The notes beneath the pieces are model-generated. The model did not search any database, was not told the origin of the DNA, and saw only the letters and a list, made by a program, of their open reading frames with translations. A stretch of 63,798 nucleotides of DNA, counting the filler, from Octopus bimaculoides (taxonomy: Eukaryota): NCBI RefSeq assembly GCF_001194135.2. It is 5 parts of 5 records of this genome, joined end to end, with 100 filler letters (N's around TTAATTAATTAA, not from the genome) between each part and the next. Parts side by side here need not be neighbours in the genome. Positions count along the whole stretch, not along the records: positions 62,160 to 63,798 come from NW_026354012.1; 4 more parts are not named here. The stretch is one strand, 5' to 3'. Below, piece after piece: positions 62,883-63,798 of this stretch (its first letter is position 1; each line of letters starts with the position of its first letter). Made by a program: the position numbers and the translations under genes.

Positions 62883-63045
62883 TCGTGTGTGTATATATGT
62901 CTGGGTAAATATATGTGTATATTCTTGTATGAATGTGTTTTCATGTGCTTAACTGTCTGTATATATGTGTGTATATAAATGTATGTTGGTGTGTGTAAAA
63001 GATATTCGTGAGTGTATATGCGTGTATAAATATGTATGTATATTG

Positions 63046-63083
<38 letters not shown>

Positions 63084-63798
63084 TGTGTGTGTGTATATGC
63101 ATGTGTCTGAGCATCATATACAATGGTGTGTGTATATGTACGTACATATATGAATATTGGGTGGAGGTGTATCCGTGTGTGTAAATATATATATATATGT
63201 ATGCATTATTTATTAAAGTTGACTGTTATAGTCGCAATTACTTCAGGTTTTAGAGCGACCAAGCATTCTTCACATGGCATTGCAATGAAGAAAACATTTA
63301 TATGGAAAAGTAAAAAAAATGTTAATGGTCTAAAGTGCTGACGTCTATGAGTTACGATCGAGTGTATATTGTATACATTCAGTATAATTTATTAGATCTA
63401 CAAGCTCGCTTCCTTAATCTGTTTGCGTGCTAATGTTGTTGTCGTTGTTGTTATTGTTTTTGTTTGTTGTTTTTCTAACCCTGAGTAAATTCTGACTAAG
63501 CAAATCTATGATGAAAGGCATTCCTTTTCGTAAACATCCGTTATTTTCACAGACACACTGTGTCTAGAATTAGATTATCTAATATACATTCCCTTTTCTT
63601 TTTTAATCGGTATGGTGTGATTAGTGAAACGTTTAGCTCTTATTTCACATATGCATACTTGTGTGTTTGCGAATGTGTGTGTGTGTGTGTTTGTGAGTGT
63701 GTGTGATTTGATATATTTATATACACAGATTTACTTACTTCTCTATCTATATCTATATATATACATACATACCTGCATATATGTATATATATATATAT

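Overview
AT-rich, microsatellite-rich animal genomic DNA. The repeat families suggest an octopus/coleoid cephalopod (inference). Left half (6896-29305, minus strand): the last 18 coding exons of a non-muscle myosin II heavy chain gene (MYH9/10/14, zipper class). All introns are GT-AG and phase-compatible, and the exons splice into about 1004 aa of coiled-coil rod plus non-helical tailpiece. The motor-domain exons are not visible in the remaining 34 kb, which has many N gaps and four artificial 100-bp scaffold linkers (44N-TTAATTAATTAA-44N). Introns and the right half are filled with SINEs, RTE-clade LINE relics, gypsy, Tc1, maT and hAT relics, MITEs and LTR-like pieces. The most notable unannotated signal is a cluster of type I hammerhead-ribozyme folds between 35.4 and 42.2 kb, with related copies near 60 and 61.6 kb. 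One has a fully intact core. Their short palindromic stem III is typical of Penelope-like elements and retrozymes. A LINE copy at 60.8-61.4 kb has a twin-priming-type 5' inversion. All folds, alignments and counts were done by eye; no searches were run.
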